Origin: an uncultured Acidobacteriota bacterium
Lineage (GTDB): Bacteria; Acidobacteriota; Vicinamibacteria; Vicinamibacterales; CAVVIG01
Reading direction: 5' to 3'
Length of the DNA stretch: 64,000 nucleotides
Assembly (NCBI GenBank): GCA_963711505.1
Contig: CAVQEJ010000003.1
Span: 2,439,720-2,503,719, forward strand
The notes under the pieces are model-generated. The model ran no database searches, was not told the DNA's origin, and saw nothing but the letters and a program-made list of their open reading frames with translations. The first letter of the stretch is position 1. Every line of letters begins with the position of its first letter. The position numbers were made by a program, and so were the translations under genes. This document shows, in pieces, positions 31,942 through 42,421 of the stretch.

Positions 31942-32658
31942 TCAGAACCGCTCGGCACAGTTGACGCGCTCGTAGAGACGTCCGCTGCCGATGTCGAGGG
32001 CCCGGGTGCGGAAGGCCTCGACGTACTGCGACTCGCGTCCCGGCGACTTCTCCATCTGCGTCCGGTGCGTCCGGATCGCGCGCACCTTCGTCTCCCACTG
32101 CTCCGTGATGTCGATGGCCGTGGCCCCGTCGATGCTCACCGTCCAGACGTGCGGCGTCCGGTGGGCCGGTTCGGGCAGGTCGGCCGGGAAGTAGTTCGGC
32201 AGCCGCGCAAACACGACGCTGTCGAGCGCCGCGTACGCCGTCGTCCGATGGTCGGGGTGATAGCCCATCGAGAAGCGGGCCTGGCTGGCGGGATCGTGCG
32301 TGACCAGCAGGTCCGGGCGCACGCGGCGGATCGCCCGGACGAGGCGGATGCGGAAGTCGCGCGGCGGCTCCAGCTGCAGCTCGCAGTCCCGCAAGCCGAG
32401 AAACGTCGTGTCGCTGACACCGAGCAGCGCGTTCGCCTGCCGCTCCTCTTCCTCGCGGCGCTTTGCCAGCGTCTCCATCGAGAGCTCGCCGTACGTCCCC
32501 TTGTCACCGAAGGTGGCCACGACCGCGTGCAGGCGATGGCCACGATCCGCCAGCCGGCGGGCCGTGCCGCCCATCGCGAACGTGATGTCGTCGGGGTGCG
32601 AGAAGATCAGCAGAACCGTGGCGGGCTCGGCATCCGGTGCGAGAAATCGATCGACCAT
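31942..32658 (-). CDS. PIG-L/LmbE-family deacetylase
   Basis: In-frame ATG 32658 of ORF 31942..32880. Motifs are VLLIFSHPDDITFAMGG, RREEEERQA and HPDHRTT. Confidence 0.8.
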   Translation of the reverse strand: MVDRFLAPDAEPATVLLIFSHPDDITFAMGGTARRLADRGHRLHAVVATFGDKGTYGELSMETLAKRREEEERQANALLGVSDTTFLGLRDCELQLEPPRDFRIRLVRAIRRVRPDLLVTHDPASQARFSMGYHPDHRTTAYAALDSVVFARLPNYFPADLPEPAHRTPHVWTVSIDGATAIDITEQWETKVRAIRTHRTQMEKSPGRESQYVEAFRTRALDIGSGRLYERVNCAERF

Positions 32659-33115
32659 GGCGCGGGAAGACGGGAGGCCGCTCCGGACGCGCATCACGCC
32701 GCAACGACTCAACGGCGTGCGGACCGGCACGAGCGTGGAACGAACGTGAACCAGATTCAGTATAGCGCCCGAAACCGGGACCCAGCTCAGCCGCCGCGAC
32801 ACCAGCCGATCCGATCCGGTGCCTCCGGGAATCCCGACGGAACATCCAACAGAGCTGCACGGGACTGCGCGCCCGGGCAAGCGCTCCGGAGCGCGCGCCG
32901 CACGCCCCGGGTGTCGAGACAGGCTCGGGGTGTCGTCCTTCCGACAGCCTGCGCGGGCCCTCCACCGCCATTTCGCCAGGTTTCAGGCCTGAAATCGACG
33001 CCCTCCCGTCCGGACCGCTCCTTGCTGCCCTCCTCGACCGGAATCAGTGTCGGTGGGAACCGGCCGCAGCTCTCCAGTTGTCGCCCGTGTCCGCCTTCGG
33101 CATTTCCAGCTCGCC

Positions 33116-34586
33116 ATGACAGAACGAACGCCCTCGCACGCGCTCGATCCGGCGAACCCCGCCGAGTGGGAAGACCTGCGCGTCCAGGGGCACCGGATGC
33201 TCGATGATATGTTCGACTACATCGAGCGGATCCGGGAGCGCCCGGTCTGGCGGCCGATTCCGGCCGACGTGCGCGCCGCGTTCCACGAGCCGCTGCCCCG
33301 GACCCCCACCGATCTGTCGACCGCCCACGACGCCTTCCTGCGCGACGTCCTGCCGTTCGCCGTCGGCAATGCACACCCGGGCTTCATGGGCTGGGTGCAC
33401 GGTGGCGGTACGGCGGTCGGCATGCTCGCCGAGATGCTCGCCGCCGGTCTGAACGCGAACCTGGGCGGACGCAATCAGATGCCCGTCGAGGTGGAGCGGC
33501 AGATCGTCCGCTGGATGCGCGAGCTGTTCGACTTTCCCGAGACGGCGAGTGGCCTGTTCGTCACGGGCACGTCGATGGGCAATCTCGTCGCGGTGCTGGT
33601 CGCCCGCGCCGCCGCACTCGGCGTCGACAGCCGGCAGTCCGGCGTGGCCGCCGACGGGCGCCGGCTCGTGGCGTACACCTCGGCCGCCGCCCACGGCTGC
33701 ATCGCGCAGGCGATGGACCTCTCGGGACTCGGGAGCGACGCCCTTCGGCTGGTGCCCGTGACCGTGGATCACCGGATGGACGTCGGGGCGCTGGCCGGCG
33801 CGATTGCCGAGGACCGGCGGGCGGGCTTCACGCCATTCCTGGTGGCCGGCACGGCCGGCACGGTCGACATCGGCGCGATCGACGACCTCGAGGCGCTCGC
33901 CGATCTGGCGCGGCGCCAGGATCTGTGGTTCCACGTCGACGGCGCCTACGGTGCGCTCGCCCTCTTCGCGCCCGATCTGGCGCCACGCCTGCACGGCATC
34001 GAGCGCGCCGATTCGGTCGCGTTCGACTTCCACAAGTGGGGGCAGGTGCCGTACGACGCCGGATTCGTCCTCGTACGGGACGGCCGGCTCCACCTCGACA
34101 CGTTCGCCACGACGGCCGCCTATCTCAGGCGCGACCGCGCGCGGCCTGGCGGCGGGCTCTCCCTGGCCGTGCGACCTCGGTCCCGATCTCTCGCGCGGCT
34201 TCCGGGCGCTGAAGACCTGGTTCACGCTGAAGGTGTACGGCACCGAGCGCCTCGGCCGGATGATTTCGGGCACATGCGCCCTCGCGCGTGACATGGCGCG
34301 CCGCATCGAGGCGACGCCAGAGCTGGAGCTCCTCGCCCCCGTCCCGCTGAACATCGTCTGCTTCCGGTACCGGTGCGAAGCCGCGGACCACGTCAACGCG
34401 GCGATCGTCGCGTCCCTGCAGGAATCGGGCGTGGCGGCTCCCTCGACGACCACCATCAACGGCCGGCTCGCGATCCGCGCGGCCATCGTCAATCACCGCA
34501 CGACCGCCGACGACATCGACGCCCTCCTGCGGGCGACGGTGACGCTGGGCGATACCGCGACCACCGGGTTCAGAAAGGCATCATGA
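33116..34586 (+). CDS. group II pyridoxal-phosphate-dependent decarboxylase, one +1 frame change near 34135
   Basis: ATG 33116 lies in ORF 33047..34291. Motifs are HPGFMGWV, TGTSMGNLVA, WFHVDGAYGA and DFHKWG (PLP lysine). The C-terminal part DLGPDLSRGFRALKTWFTLKVYG... is in ORF 33804..34586. Confidence 0.85.
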
Positions 34587-35827
34587 ACGCCGAATCCCCC
34601 GCGTCCTTTCCGCTCCTCGGCTTCGCCCGGCTCTTCCGAATGGCGATGGCCGGTCAGGATCTCGTCCCGCTGCGCACGGAGCTGATCCAGCGCGCCGCCG
34701 AGCATCCCGACGATGCGAATACGCTGCTGGACGTGTCGTACCTGCTGCAGCTCACCTGGGAGCGGGAGGTGGCACTCGAGGTCCAGGCGCAGGCGCTGAA
34801 GATGCAGCAGCTCTATCACCTGCCGGCGCCGTCGGGGCGGACGGGCCTGCGCCTGCTCGCCCTGATGGCCCCGGGCGACCTGATGGCCAACACGCCGCTC
34901 GAGTGCCTGCTGGAGGAGTCCGACGTCGCGCTGGACGTCCTCTACCTGGGTCCCGATCTGCCCTGGCCGCAGACGATTCCCGACCACGACGCCCTCATCG
35001 TCGCCATCGGCGAGAACGATCGGAACCGGCCCCTGCTGAAGCAGGTCGAGGAGCGGCTCCAGGACTGGCCGCGGCCCGTCCTGAACCGACCCGAGCGTAT
35101 TCTGTGGCTGTCGCGCGAAGGGGTCTGCGACCGGCTGCACGCCGCGCCGGGCATCGCCATGCCGATCACCGCGCGCGTCCCGCGCGGCACGCTCGCCGAG
35201 ATCGGCACGGGCGAGGTGCCGCTGACCGACGCGCTCGCCGACGGCGCCTTCCCGCTCATCATCCGGCCCGCCGGCTCGCACGCCGGCCAGGGACTGCAGA
35301 AGATCGACGAGCCGGCTTCCGTCGCCGCCTACCTGCGCGACCAGGCGGACGAGGCGTTCTGCATCACCCGCTTCGTCGACTACCGCGAACCGGACGGGCT
35401 GTTCCGGAAGTACCGGATCACGATGATCGACGGCCGTCCCTTCGTGGCGCATGTCGGCATCGCCACCCACTGGATGATCCACTACCTGAACGCCGGCATG
35501 GCCGAGAGCGCCGGCAAGCGCGCCGAGGAAGCCCGCATCATGGAGACCTTCGACGAGGACTTCGCGCGGCGCCACGCCGCGGCGTTCCGCGCCATCCACG
35601 AGCGGCTGCGCATGGACTACCTCGGTGTCGACTGCGGCGAGACACCGGACGGAAGGCTCCTCGTCTTCGAGGCCGACAACTGCATGGTCGTGCACGCGAT
35701 GGACCCGGTCGACGTCTTCCCCTACAAGCAGCCGCAGATGCGGAAGATCTTCACGGCATTCCATGGCATGCTGACCGGGGCCTCCCTTGACGGCCAGCAG
35801 GCCGAGGGCCGACGGCGGCTCGCCTGA
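34583..35827 (+). CDS. ATP-grasp-like ligase with N-terminal helical (TPR-like) region
   Basis: In-frame ATG 34583 of ORF 34373..35827 overlaps the decarboxylase stop as ATGA. The C-terminal half (PLIIRPAGSHAGQGLQKI..., FRKYRITMIDGRPFVAHV, LLVFEADNCMVVH) resembles RimK/GshB-type ATP-grasp enzymes. That functional call is moderate. Confidence 0.65.
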   Translation: MNAESPASFPLLGFARLFRMAMAGQDLVPLRTELIQRAAEHPDDANTLLDVSYLLQLTWEREVALEVQAQALKMQQLYHLPAPSGRTGLRLLALMAPGDLMANTPLECLLEESDVALDVLYLGPDLPWPQTIPDHDALIVAIGENDRNRPLLKQVEERLQDWPRPVLNRPERILWLSREGVCDRLHAAPGIAMPITARVPRGTLAEIGTGEVPLTDALADGAFPLIIRPAGSHAGQGLQKIDEPASVAAYLRDQADEAFCITRFVDYREPDGLFRKYRITMIDGRPFVAHVGIATHWMIHYLNAGMAESAGKRAEEARIMETFDEDFARRHAAAFRAIHERLRMDYLGVDCGETPDGRLLVFEADNCMVVHAMDPVDVFPYKQPQMRKIFTAFHGMLTGASLDGQQAEGRRRLA

Positions 35828-36064
35828 GCCGCCACGCGCCCTCGCTTCGCCTCTTCTTCTCCCCACCTTCACCCCGGCAACGACGCGGCCTGGAGGACCG
35901 GAGCTGCCCGGCCCGAACGGGTTTGCAGCTGAGCCTGACAGGCGATATGCTGCGTGCGGGCCTCGACCGGCCCGTCCCCGGGCAACCATGGGCGCGCCAG
36001 CCGGCGGCCCCCTGCGGCGGTCCCCCGGGGATCGCGGATTCCAGGAACAACAGGAGATCCAGGC

Positions 36065-36571
36065 ATGCGGTTCGAACTGACGGTCAACGGGCGATCCCAT
36101 TCGGTGGATGTGTCCCCCGACACGCCGCTCTTGTGGGTGCTCCGGGACGTTCTCAATCTCAAGGGAACCAAGTACGGCTGCGGGATCGGCCAGTGCGCCG
36201 CCTGCACCGTTCACCTGGGAGGCCGCCCGGTGCACTCGTGCCAGGTCCCGGTCGAGCGGGCGGTGCACGCGCCGATTACGACGCTCGAAGGGCTGTCGGC
36301 CGACGGCTCGCACCCCGTGCAGCGCGCGTGGGAGGAGATGGACGTGCCGCAGTGCGGCTACTGTCAGGCCGGCCAGATCATGGCGGCGGCCGCCCTCCTC
36401 ACCCAGACGCCGAAGCCGACCGACGCGGACATCGACGCCGCGATGAGCGGCCACCTCTGCCGGTGCGGCACCTATCTGCGCATCCGCGAGGCGGTGCACA
36501 AGGCGGCCGCGCTCGCCTCCGGCACTTCAACCGAACCCCAGCACGCCGGCCGGACCGGCGGCGGCGAATAG
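36065..36571 (+). CDS. (2Fe-2S)-binding small subunit of an IorAB/aldehyde-oxidase-type molybdoenzyme
   Basis: ATG 36065 lies in ORF 35954..36571. Motifs are [22 protein letters not shown] and LCRCGTY. Confidence 0.9.
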   Translation: MRFELTVNGRSHSVDVSPDTPLLWVLRDVLNLKGTKYGCGIGQCAACTVHLGGRPVHSCQVPVERAVHAPITTLEGLSADGSHPVQRAWEEMDVPQCGYCQAGQIMAAAALLTQTPKPTDADIDAAMSGHLCRCGTYLRIREAVHKAAALASGTSTEPQHAGRTGGGE

Positions 36572-36589
36572 AGGAGGCGTGAGCAGACC

Positions 36590-38814
36590 ATGCAGATGAA
36601 CCGACGCGCCTTCCTTCGCGTGACCTCCCTGGCCGGCGGCGGCCTGCTGATCGCACTACACAGCCGGCCGTCCCTGTTCGCCCAGGCCAGCCGCTCGGGC
36701 CCCGCGCTCGAACCGGACGCCTTCATCCACATCGCCGCGGACGGCACCGTCACCCTGATGGCCAAGGATCCCGAGATCGGCCAGGGTGTGAAGACGATGC
36801 TGCCGATGCTGATCGCCGAGGAGCTCGACGCCGACTGGGCGACCGTGAAGATCGAGCAGGCCGATTTCGACCCGGCGAAGTACGCGGGCCAGTTCACCGG
36901 CGGCAGCACGGCCACGCCGAACAACTGGGATCCGATGCGCCGCGTCGGCGCGGCCGGCCGGCAGATGCTCGTCGCCGCCGCCGCGCAGACGTGGGGCGTG
37001 CCGGCCTCGTCCTGCTCGACGACCGCGGGCCGGGTCCACCACCGCGCCTCGAAGCGGTCGCTCGGTTACGGCGAGCTCGCCGCCCGCGCGGTGAAGATGC
37101 CCGTTCCCGACGTGGAGACGGTCCCGCTGAAGGATCCGAAGGACTACCGGATCATCGGCCAGACGAAGCGCGGCTCCGACGTTCCGGCGATCGTCCGGGG
37201 CGAGCCGATCTTCGGCATCGACATGGTACGGCCCGGCATGCTGTACGCCGTGTACCAGAAGTGTCCGGTGCTTCGGCGGGCGCGTGGTCAGCGCCAACGT
37301 CGAGGCGATCCGGCAGGAGCCGGGGGTCCGGCACGCCTTCGTCGTGGAGGGGTCGGTGCCGCAGGGCGACGTCGTCCCCGGCGACCCGGGCCTGCTGCCC
37401 GGCGTGGCGATCGTGGCCGACTCGTGGTGGCAGGCGCAGTCGGCGCGCAAGAAGCTGCAGGTGAAGTGGGACGAGGGCAAGGGGGCGTCGCAGAGCAGCG
37501 AGGCCTTCGCGCAGCATGCCGACGAGCTGTCGAAGCAGCCGCCGGCCAACGTGCTGCGGCACGACGGTGACGTCGAAGCGGCGCTGAAGGGCGCGGCGGC
37601 GACGGCCGAAGGCGCCTATTCGTACCCGTTCATCGCGCACGCCCCGCTCGAGCCGCAGAACTGCACGGCTCACGAGTCCAACGGCCACATGGAGATCTGG
37701 TCGAACACCCAGACGCCGGGCAGCGGACGCAGTCTGGTCGCGAAGACGCTCGGCATCCCGGAAGGCAACATCACCATCCATCTCCTCCGGGCGGGCGGCG
37801 GCTTCGGCCGGCGCCTGACGAACGACTACATGGTGGAGGCCGCCTGGATTGCCAAGACCGTCGGCGTCCCGGTGAAGCTGCTGTGGGCGCGCGAGGACGA
37901 TATGACGAACGATTACTATCGTCCCGGCGGCTTCCAGTACCCTGAAGGGCGGCGTCGACGCCTCCGGCCGGCTCGTGGCCTGGCAGAACCACTTCGTCAC
38001 CTACGGCCACGGCACCGACTACGCCCGGTCGGCCACGCTGTCTCCGCTGGAGTTCCCCGCCCGCTACGTGCCGAACTTCGCGCTCGGCACCTCGGTGCAG
38101 GAGCTCTGGCTGAAGACCGGCGCGCTGCGCGCCCCCGGCAGCAACGCGATCGCGTTCGTCATCCAGTCGTTCATCGACGAGCTGGCCCATGCCGCCGGCA
38201 AGGACCCGGTGGACTTCCGGCTCGCCCTGCTCGGCACGACGCCGCTGCCCGATGCGGAGGCGGCCCGCCAGCCGGCGGTTCGGCGGTTCGATGCCGGCCG
38301 GATGCGCGGCGTGCTGGAGCTCGTCGCGGAGAAGTCGGGCTGGAAGGCGCGGAAGGCGGAGAAGGGCCGCGCGCTCGGCGTCGCCTTCCACTTCAGCCAT
38401 CTCGGCTACTTCGCCGAAGTGGCCGACGTGAGCGTGTCGGCCGACAAGCGCGTCAAGGTCCACAAGGTGTGGGTCGCGGCCGACATCGGCAGCCAGGTCA
38501 TCAATCCCGGCGCCGCGCAGAACATGGTGCAGGGGGCGATCGTCGACGGCCTGAGCGAGCTGATGGCCCAGGAGATCACTCTCGAGCACGGCCGCGTCGT
38601 GCAGACGAACTACGATCACTTCCCGCTCGTCCGCATGATGCAGGCGCCGGGCGCCATCGAGATCATCTGGCACAAGACCGATCATGCGCCAACCGGCCTG
38701 GGCGAGCCGGCGCTGCCGCCGCTCCTCCCGGCCGTCTGCAACGCGATCTTCTCGGCCAGCGGCACGCGCATCCGCACGCTGCCGCTCAAGAAGAGCGGCT
38801 TCAGCTGGGCGTAG
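36590..38814 (+). CDS. molybdopterin-binding large subunit (isoquinoline 1-oxidoreductase beta/aldehyde oxidase family), Tat signal; two +1 frame changes (37271, ~37941)
   Basis: The gene joins three ORF fragments, 36590..37570, 37284..39047 and 37975..38814. It starts [18 protein letters not shown]. The junctions CPV[c][11 protein letters not shown] and FQY[c][16 protein letters not shown] are restored by deleting one base each. Confidence 0.85.
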
Positions 38815-38831
38815 GCCGCCGTACAGACCAC

Positions 38832-38863
38832 GTGCCGGGCGGACCCTGCGGTCCGTCCGGCAC
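38832..38863. terminator. 14-bp-stem hairpin between convergent genes
   Basis: GTGCCGGGCGGACC-ctgc-GGTCCGTCCGGCAC, with one G-T pair. Confidence 0.35.
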
Positions 38864-38899
38864 GCCATCGCCTTCCATCGATTCCAGTCCTTCTTCCGC

Positions 38900-40255
38900 C
38901 TACTTCGCCGCGGCCGTCAGCGTCGCCGCGAACTCCGGCTTCGTGTCCCGCAGGATGCCCAGAATCGCCGTCCGATCGGACGGGTTCAGGTCCGTGAAGT
39001 CCCCGTTCGGATCCTGGCCGTTCAGAACCTCGTCCAGCCGCTTGTAGACGTAGCGCTTCACCACGTCCGGCAGGTCGTTGAACGAGTCCGAATAGATCAG
39101 GTAACTCAACGGATACCTGAAGAGCCGCGTCTTCAGGTCCAGGTCGCGCAGCGACCGACCGAGATGATCGTGCGGTCCCACCTTCACGAAGTCGGCCGCA
39201 AACGTCGAGTCACCCTTGATCGGCGCGGTGAGCGGCGCCTCCCGCGCGTACAGCAGCCCCCGCACCAGCCGTTCGGCCGCGCCGCGGATGCGGACCATCG
39301 CGCCTTCGGAGACCCCGTCCGTGCCGCCCGTCGCCGACGCGAGCTGGTCGTCGTAGACCGCCTTGCGCGCCTCGTAGCCGGCGATGGTGATCAGATTGTG
39401 GATGTAGGTCTGGTCGGCCAGCACCATCAGCGCCACGGCGTCGCTGTACGGGCTCAGGTAGGGCTCGGTGTCGAACCGGCTGCTCAGGTCGGTCACGTTC
39501 AGGTTCGGCCCGATCTTCATCTTCGCGAGATAGGCATCCGGGTCGCCGACATCATGAGCCGACACCGGCGCCATCAGGTTGCCGAGGTGCGGCTGGTTCC
39601 CCGTCGTTCCGGTCACGTACCAGCCGCCCCAGCGCTCGGCAATCGGCGTCTGCTGCGTCGTCGCCGCCACCGGCGAGGAGATCGGGTACCCCATCTTGTC
39701 GGCGAACACCGATCGCATGATGAAGCCCGGCACGCCGCCCGTCGACGAGGACGAGTCGTGGCACTGCAGGCAGGTCGAAAACTGCCGCTGGAACTTCGGG
39801 TGCGCGGTCGGCTGCTGGTCGAGCGTGTAGAAGACCCCGCCCAGGTGGGGATCGACCGAGGCGATCTCCATGATCGGCCCGTTCTGGACCCAGCCGACGT
39901 ACACGTCGTCGTTGAAGTAGACGGCGCGCGGCGACCAGGGGGCGATGTGATCCACCTGCAGGCTGGTCCGCGAGAAGACGAGCCCCTGGGAGGACACCGG
40001 CACGTGCAGCGCCTTCAGCACCGCCGGCAGGTACCCGTGGGCCGGGTCGAACGCCAGCGTCACCTGCCCGCTGTCGATCTGCTGCTGGAGGCGGGCGACC
40101 GCGTCGGTCGGCGCCGTCGAGGCGTACGCAATGACGTCGTCATCGTTCGAGAACTGCCCCGCGGCCAGGACGGCCACCGACAGGAGCAGCACGAGCGCGG
40201 CGAGGGCCAGCGGGAACGTCCGCAACCGGGCGCCGGATGTCGAGTCACCGATCAT
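38900..40255 (-). CDS. secreted mono-haem (CxxCH) protein of unknown family
   Basis: In-frame ATG 40255 of ORF 38900..40570. The signal peptide is [33 protein letters not shown] and there is a single CLQCH motif. The protein is 451 aa with normal composition. Confidence 0.7.
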   Translation of the reverse strand: MIGDSTSGARLRTFPLALAALVLLLSVAVLAAGQFSNDDDVIAYASTAPTDAVARLQQQIDSGQVTLAFDPAHGYLPAVLKALHVPVSSQGLVFSRTSLQVDHIAPWSPRAVYFNDDVYVGWVQNGPIMEIASVDPHLGGVFYTLDQQPTAHPKFQRQFSTCLQCHDSSSSTGGVPGFIMRSVFADKMGYPISSPVAATTQQTPIAERWGGWYVTGTTGNQPHLGNLMAPVSAHDVGDPDAYLAKMKIGPNLNVTDLSSRFDTEPYLSPYSDAVALMVLADQTYIHNLITIAGYEARKAVYDDQLASATGGTDGVSEGAMVRIRGAAERLVRGLLYAREAPLTAPIKGDSTFAADFVKVGPHDHLGRSLRDLDLKTRLFRYPLSYLIYSDSFNDLPDVVKRYVYKRLDEVLNGQDPNGDFTDLNPSDRTAILGILRDTKPEFAATLTAAAK

Positions 40256-40511
40256 GAGCAGCACACTCCGCGAGGACCTGGGAGACGAGGCGCGGGACGC
40301 ACGCGTGAACACTCTCCACACTATGCGCCTTGCCCGGGCGACCGTATGACACCCGTCATACCAGACAGGTAAAAGATTGTCGCCGATTGTCAGTCGATGT
40401 GGAGGGGGCCCTGGCGCGGGATCGAAGGCGGCCTGAGACGGCACTGCCGCGGGCGAGGGGCCGGAATCCGGCCTTCGCCCGCGGCAGGCATATGGAGCGG
40501 AACTCAGGACC

Positions 40512-42419
40512 CTAGCCGCAGGAGAGGCACTTGTGAGCCAGCTTGGCCCCCAGCTTCTGCAGCAGGGCAATCGTCTCGGGGAACGGGCTGATCCGCTGCA
40601 CCGGGCCGTTGGCCAGGTCGGGAATCGTCTGCCCCTTCCGGTTGACGGCCTTCACGTTGGCGCCCTTGGAGACGAGATACAGGATCATCTCGTTGTCCCC
40701 ATGGGCCGCGGCGTTGTGCAGCGCCGTGTTGCCGTCGGCGTCCGCCTCGTTCACGTCCGCGTGCAGCTCCTCGACGAGGTACTTCACGGCCGCCAGCATG
40801 CCTGTCGGCGCGTAGCGGTGATGGTTCGCCGTGAAGCTGGAGCCGTAGGCCTCGCCCGATGCCGCGAGCAGCGGCGTCACGTCCGGCCCTCCGATCGCCA
40901 CCGGCGGACGACCCGACGGATCCTTCTTCGCCTTGGCGGCGGCCGCGTCGTCCAGGTTGCCCGTACCCGTCGGACGGCGGCCCTTCGGCTTCTTCGTCGT
41001 GATCGTCGGATCGGCCCCGTGCGCCATCAGCAGCTTCATCGCCGCGATGTCATCGGCCCACGCCGCCCGGAAGAACGGAGTCGCCCCCGTCTCGTCGACG
41101 CCCGACTGGTCGAAGTTGTAGCCCTGGTACCAGACCTTTTCCTTCAGCCGGACGTTCGGCTTCGCTCCGCGGTCCAGCAGATCCTGCATGAGCTGCAGGT
41201 AGGCCGTCTTCTGCTGCTTGTAGGCGGTCGGCTGCGGATACAGCGTGCGCGGCGCCCAGACACAGTTCAGCACCGCGTAGAGCGGCGTCACGCCGTTGAC
41301 CTGCGCCGCGTTCGGATCGGCGCCCTTGGCGAGCAGCTCCTCGGCGAGGTCGAAGTGGCCGTTGATGATCGCGCTCAGCAGCGGGCTGGTGTGGTCGGCC
41401 GGATTGACCTCGTTGACATCCGCGCCGGCGGCGAGCAGCGCCCGCACCGACTCGACGTTCCCCTGCCGCGTGGCGAACTCCAGCGCCGTCAGGCCGCCCT
41501 GCGTCCCCACCAGCTTCACGTAGCCGCCGGTGAAGTCGAACGCCGGGGGCTGCGCCTTCTTCTTCGCCGGCGTCTCGCCGGGAATGCCGGCGGGCTTGGC
41601 GCCCGGCTCGACCGCGGCGTCCTCGTCCTCGTCCTCGTCCGGCTGTGCCTGCGACTTCGCCTCGGCCGCGGGCTTCACTGCCGCTTCCGCCGCCGGCTTG
41701 CCCTCCGTCTTCGGCTTCGCCTCGGGCTTCTCTTCCGGCTTGGCCGCGCTGGCCGCCGCTCCCGATGACTGGCGGCGTCCGAAGCTCGGCAGCCGCGGAT
41801 CGTCCTTCGGCAGCTTCGTCCAGTCGAGCACCTTCGTCGTGAGCTTCACGTCGGCCCCGTGCTGGAGCAGCACGTTGAGGGCACCGGTGCGGTTGTAGGC
41901 GGCGGCGAACATCAGCGCCGTCTCGCCCTTGGCCGATTCGCGGGCGTTCACCTCGGCGCCGTGCGCGATCAGCGCCTCCACGGACGGCGTGCTGCCGGCA
42001 GCGGCCGCCAGCATGAGGGCCGTCGCGCCCGACGACGTGACCGTCTTCGGGTTGGCGCCCGCCTTCAGCAGGGCCTCGACGACGTCGGGGTGGGCGTTCT
42101 TCGCCGCCATGTGGAGGGGCGTGTAGGCGCCCAGCCGCGTGGTGGCGCCGACGTCGCCGCCGGCGTAGATCAGCATCTGCACGAGGTCCAGGTTGCCGTC
42201 CAGCGCCGCCCAGTGCAGGGCGGTCATGCCGTCGCCCTGGGCCGCGTTGACGTCGCCGCCCTGCTGGAGCAGCGTCTTCACGACCGCCGTGTCGTGCCGC
42301 TGAGCGGCATCGGCCACCGGCGAGTCGCTGGACGCGGCGCCCAGCAGCGCCGTGCAGCAGAGCGCCGCGACGGCGCTCAGCGAGACGCCACGGATCAGTC
42401 TGCGGGTCATGCTCGCCAT
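40512..42419 (-). CDS. secreted ankyrin-repeat protein, cassette 1
   Basis: In-frame ATG 42419 of ORF 40512..42635. The signal peptide is MASMTRRLIRGVSLSAVAALCCTALLGAASS. ANK repeats include DGMTALHWAALDGNLDLVQMLIYAGGDV and GNTALHNAAAHGDNEMILYLVSKGANV. A K/A/P/E-rich linker divides the protein, and the C-terminus is KLAHKCLSCG*. Confidence 0.85.
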   Translation of the reverse strand: MASMTRRLIRGVSLSAVAALCCTALLGAASSDSPVADAAQRHDTAVVKTLLQQGGDVNAAQGDGMTALHWAALDGNLDLVQMLIYAGGDVGATTRLGAYTPLHMAAKNAHPDVVEALLKAGANPKTVTSSGATALMLAAAAGSTPSVEALIAHGAEVNARESAKGETALMFAAAYNRTGALNVLLQHGADVKLTTKVLDWTKLPKDDPRLPSFGRRQSSGAAASAAKPEEKPEAKPKTEGKPAAEAAVKPAAEAKSQAQPDEDEDEDAAVEPGAKPAGIPGETPAKKKAQPPAFDFTGGYVKLVGTQGGLTALEFATRQGNVESVRALLAAGADVNEVNPADHTSPLLSAIINGHFDLAEELLAKGADPNAAQVNGVTPLYAVLNCVWAPRTLYPQPTAYKQQKTAYLQLMQDLLDRGAKPNVRLKEKVWYQGYNFDQSGVDETGATPFFRAAWADDIAAMKLLMAHGADPTITTKKPKGRRPTGTGNLDDAAAAKAKKDPSGRPPVAIGGPDVTPLLAASGEAYGSSFTANHHRYAPTGMLAAVKYLVEELHADVNEADADGNTALHNAAAHGDNEMILYLVSKGANVKAVNRKGQTIPDLANGPVQRISPFPETIALLQKLGAKLAHKCLSCG

Positions 42420-42421
42420 CG

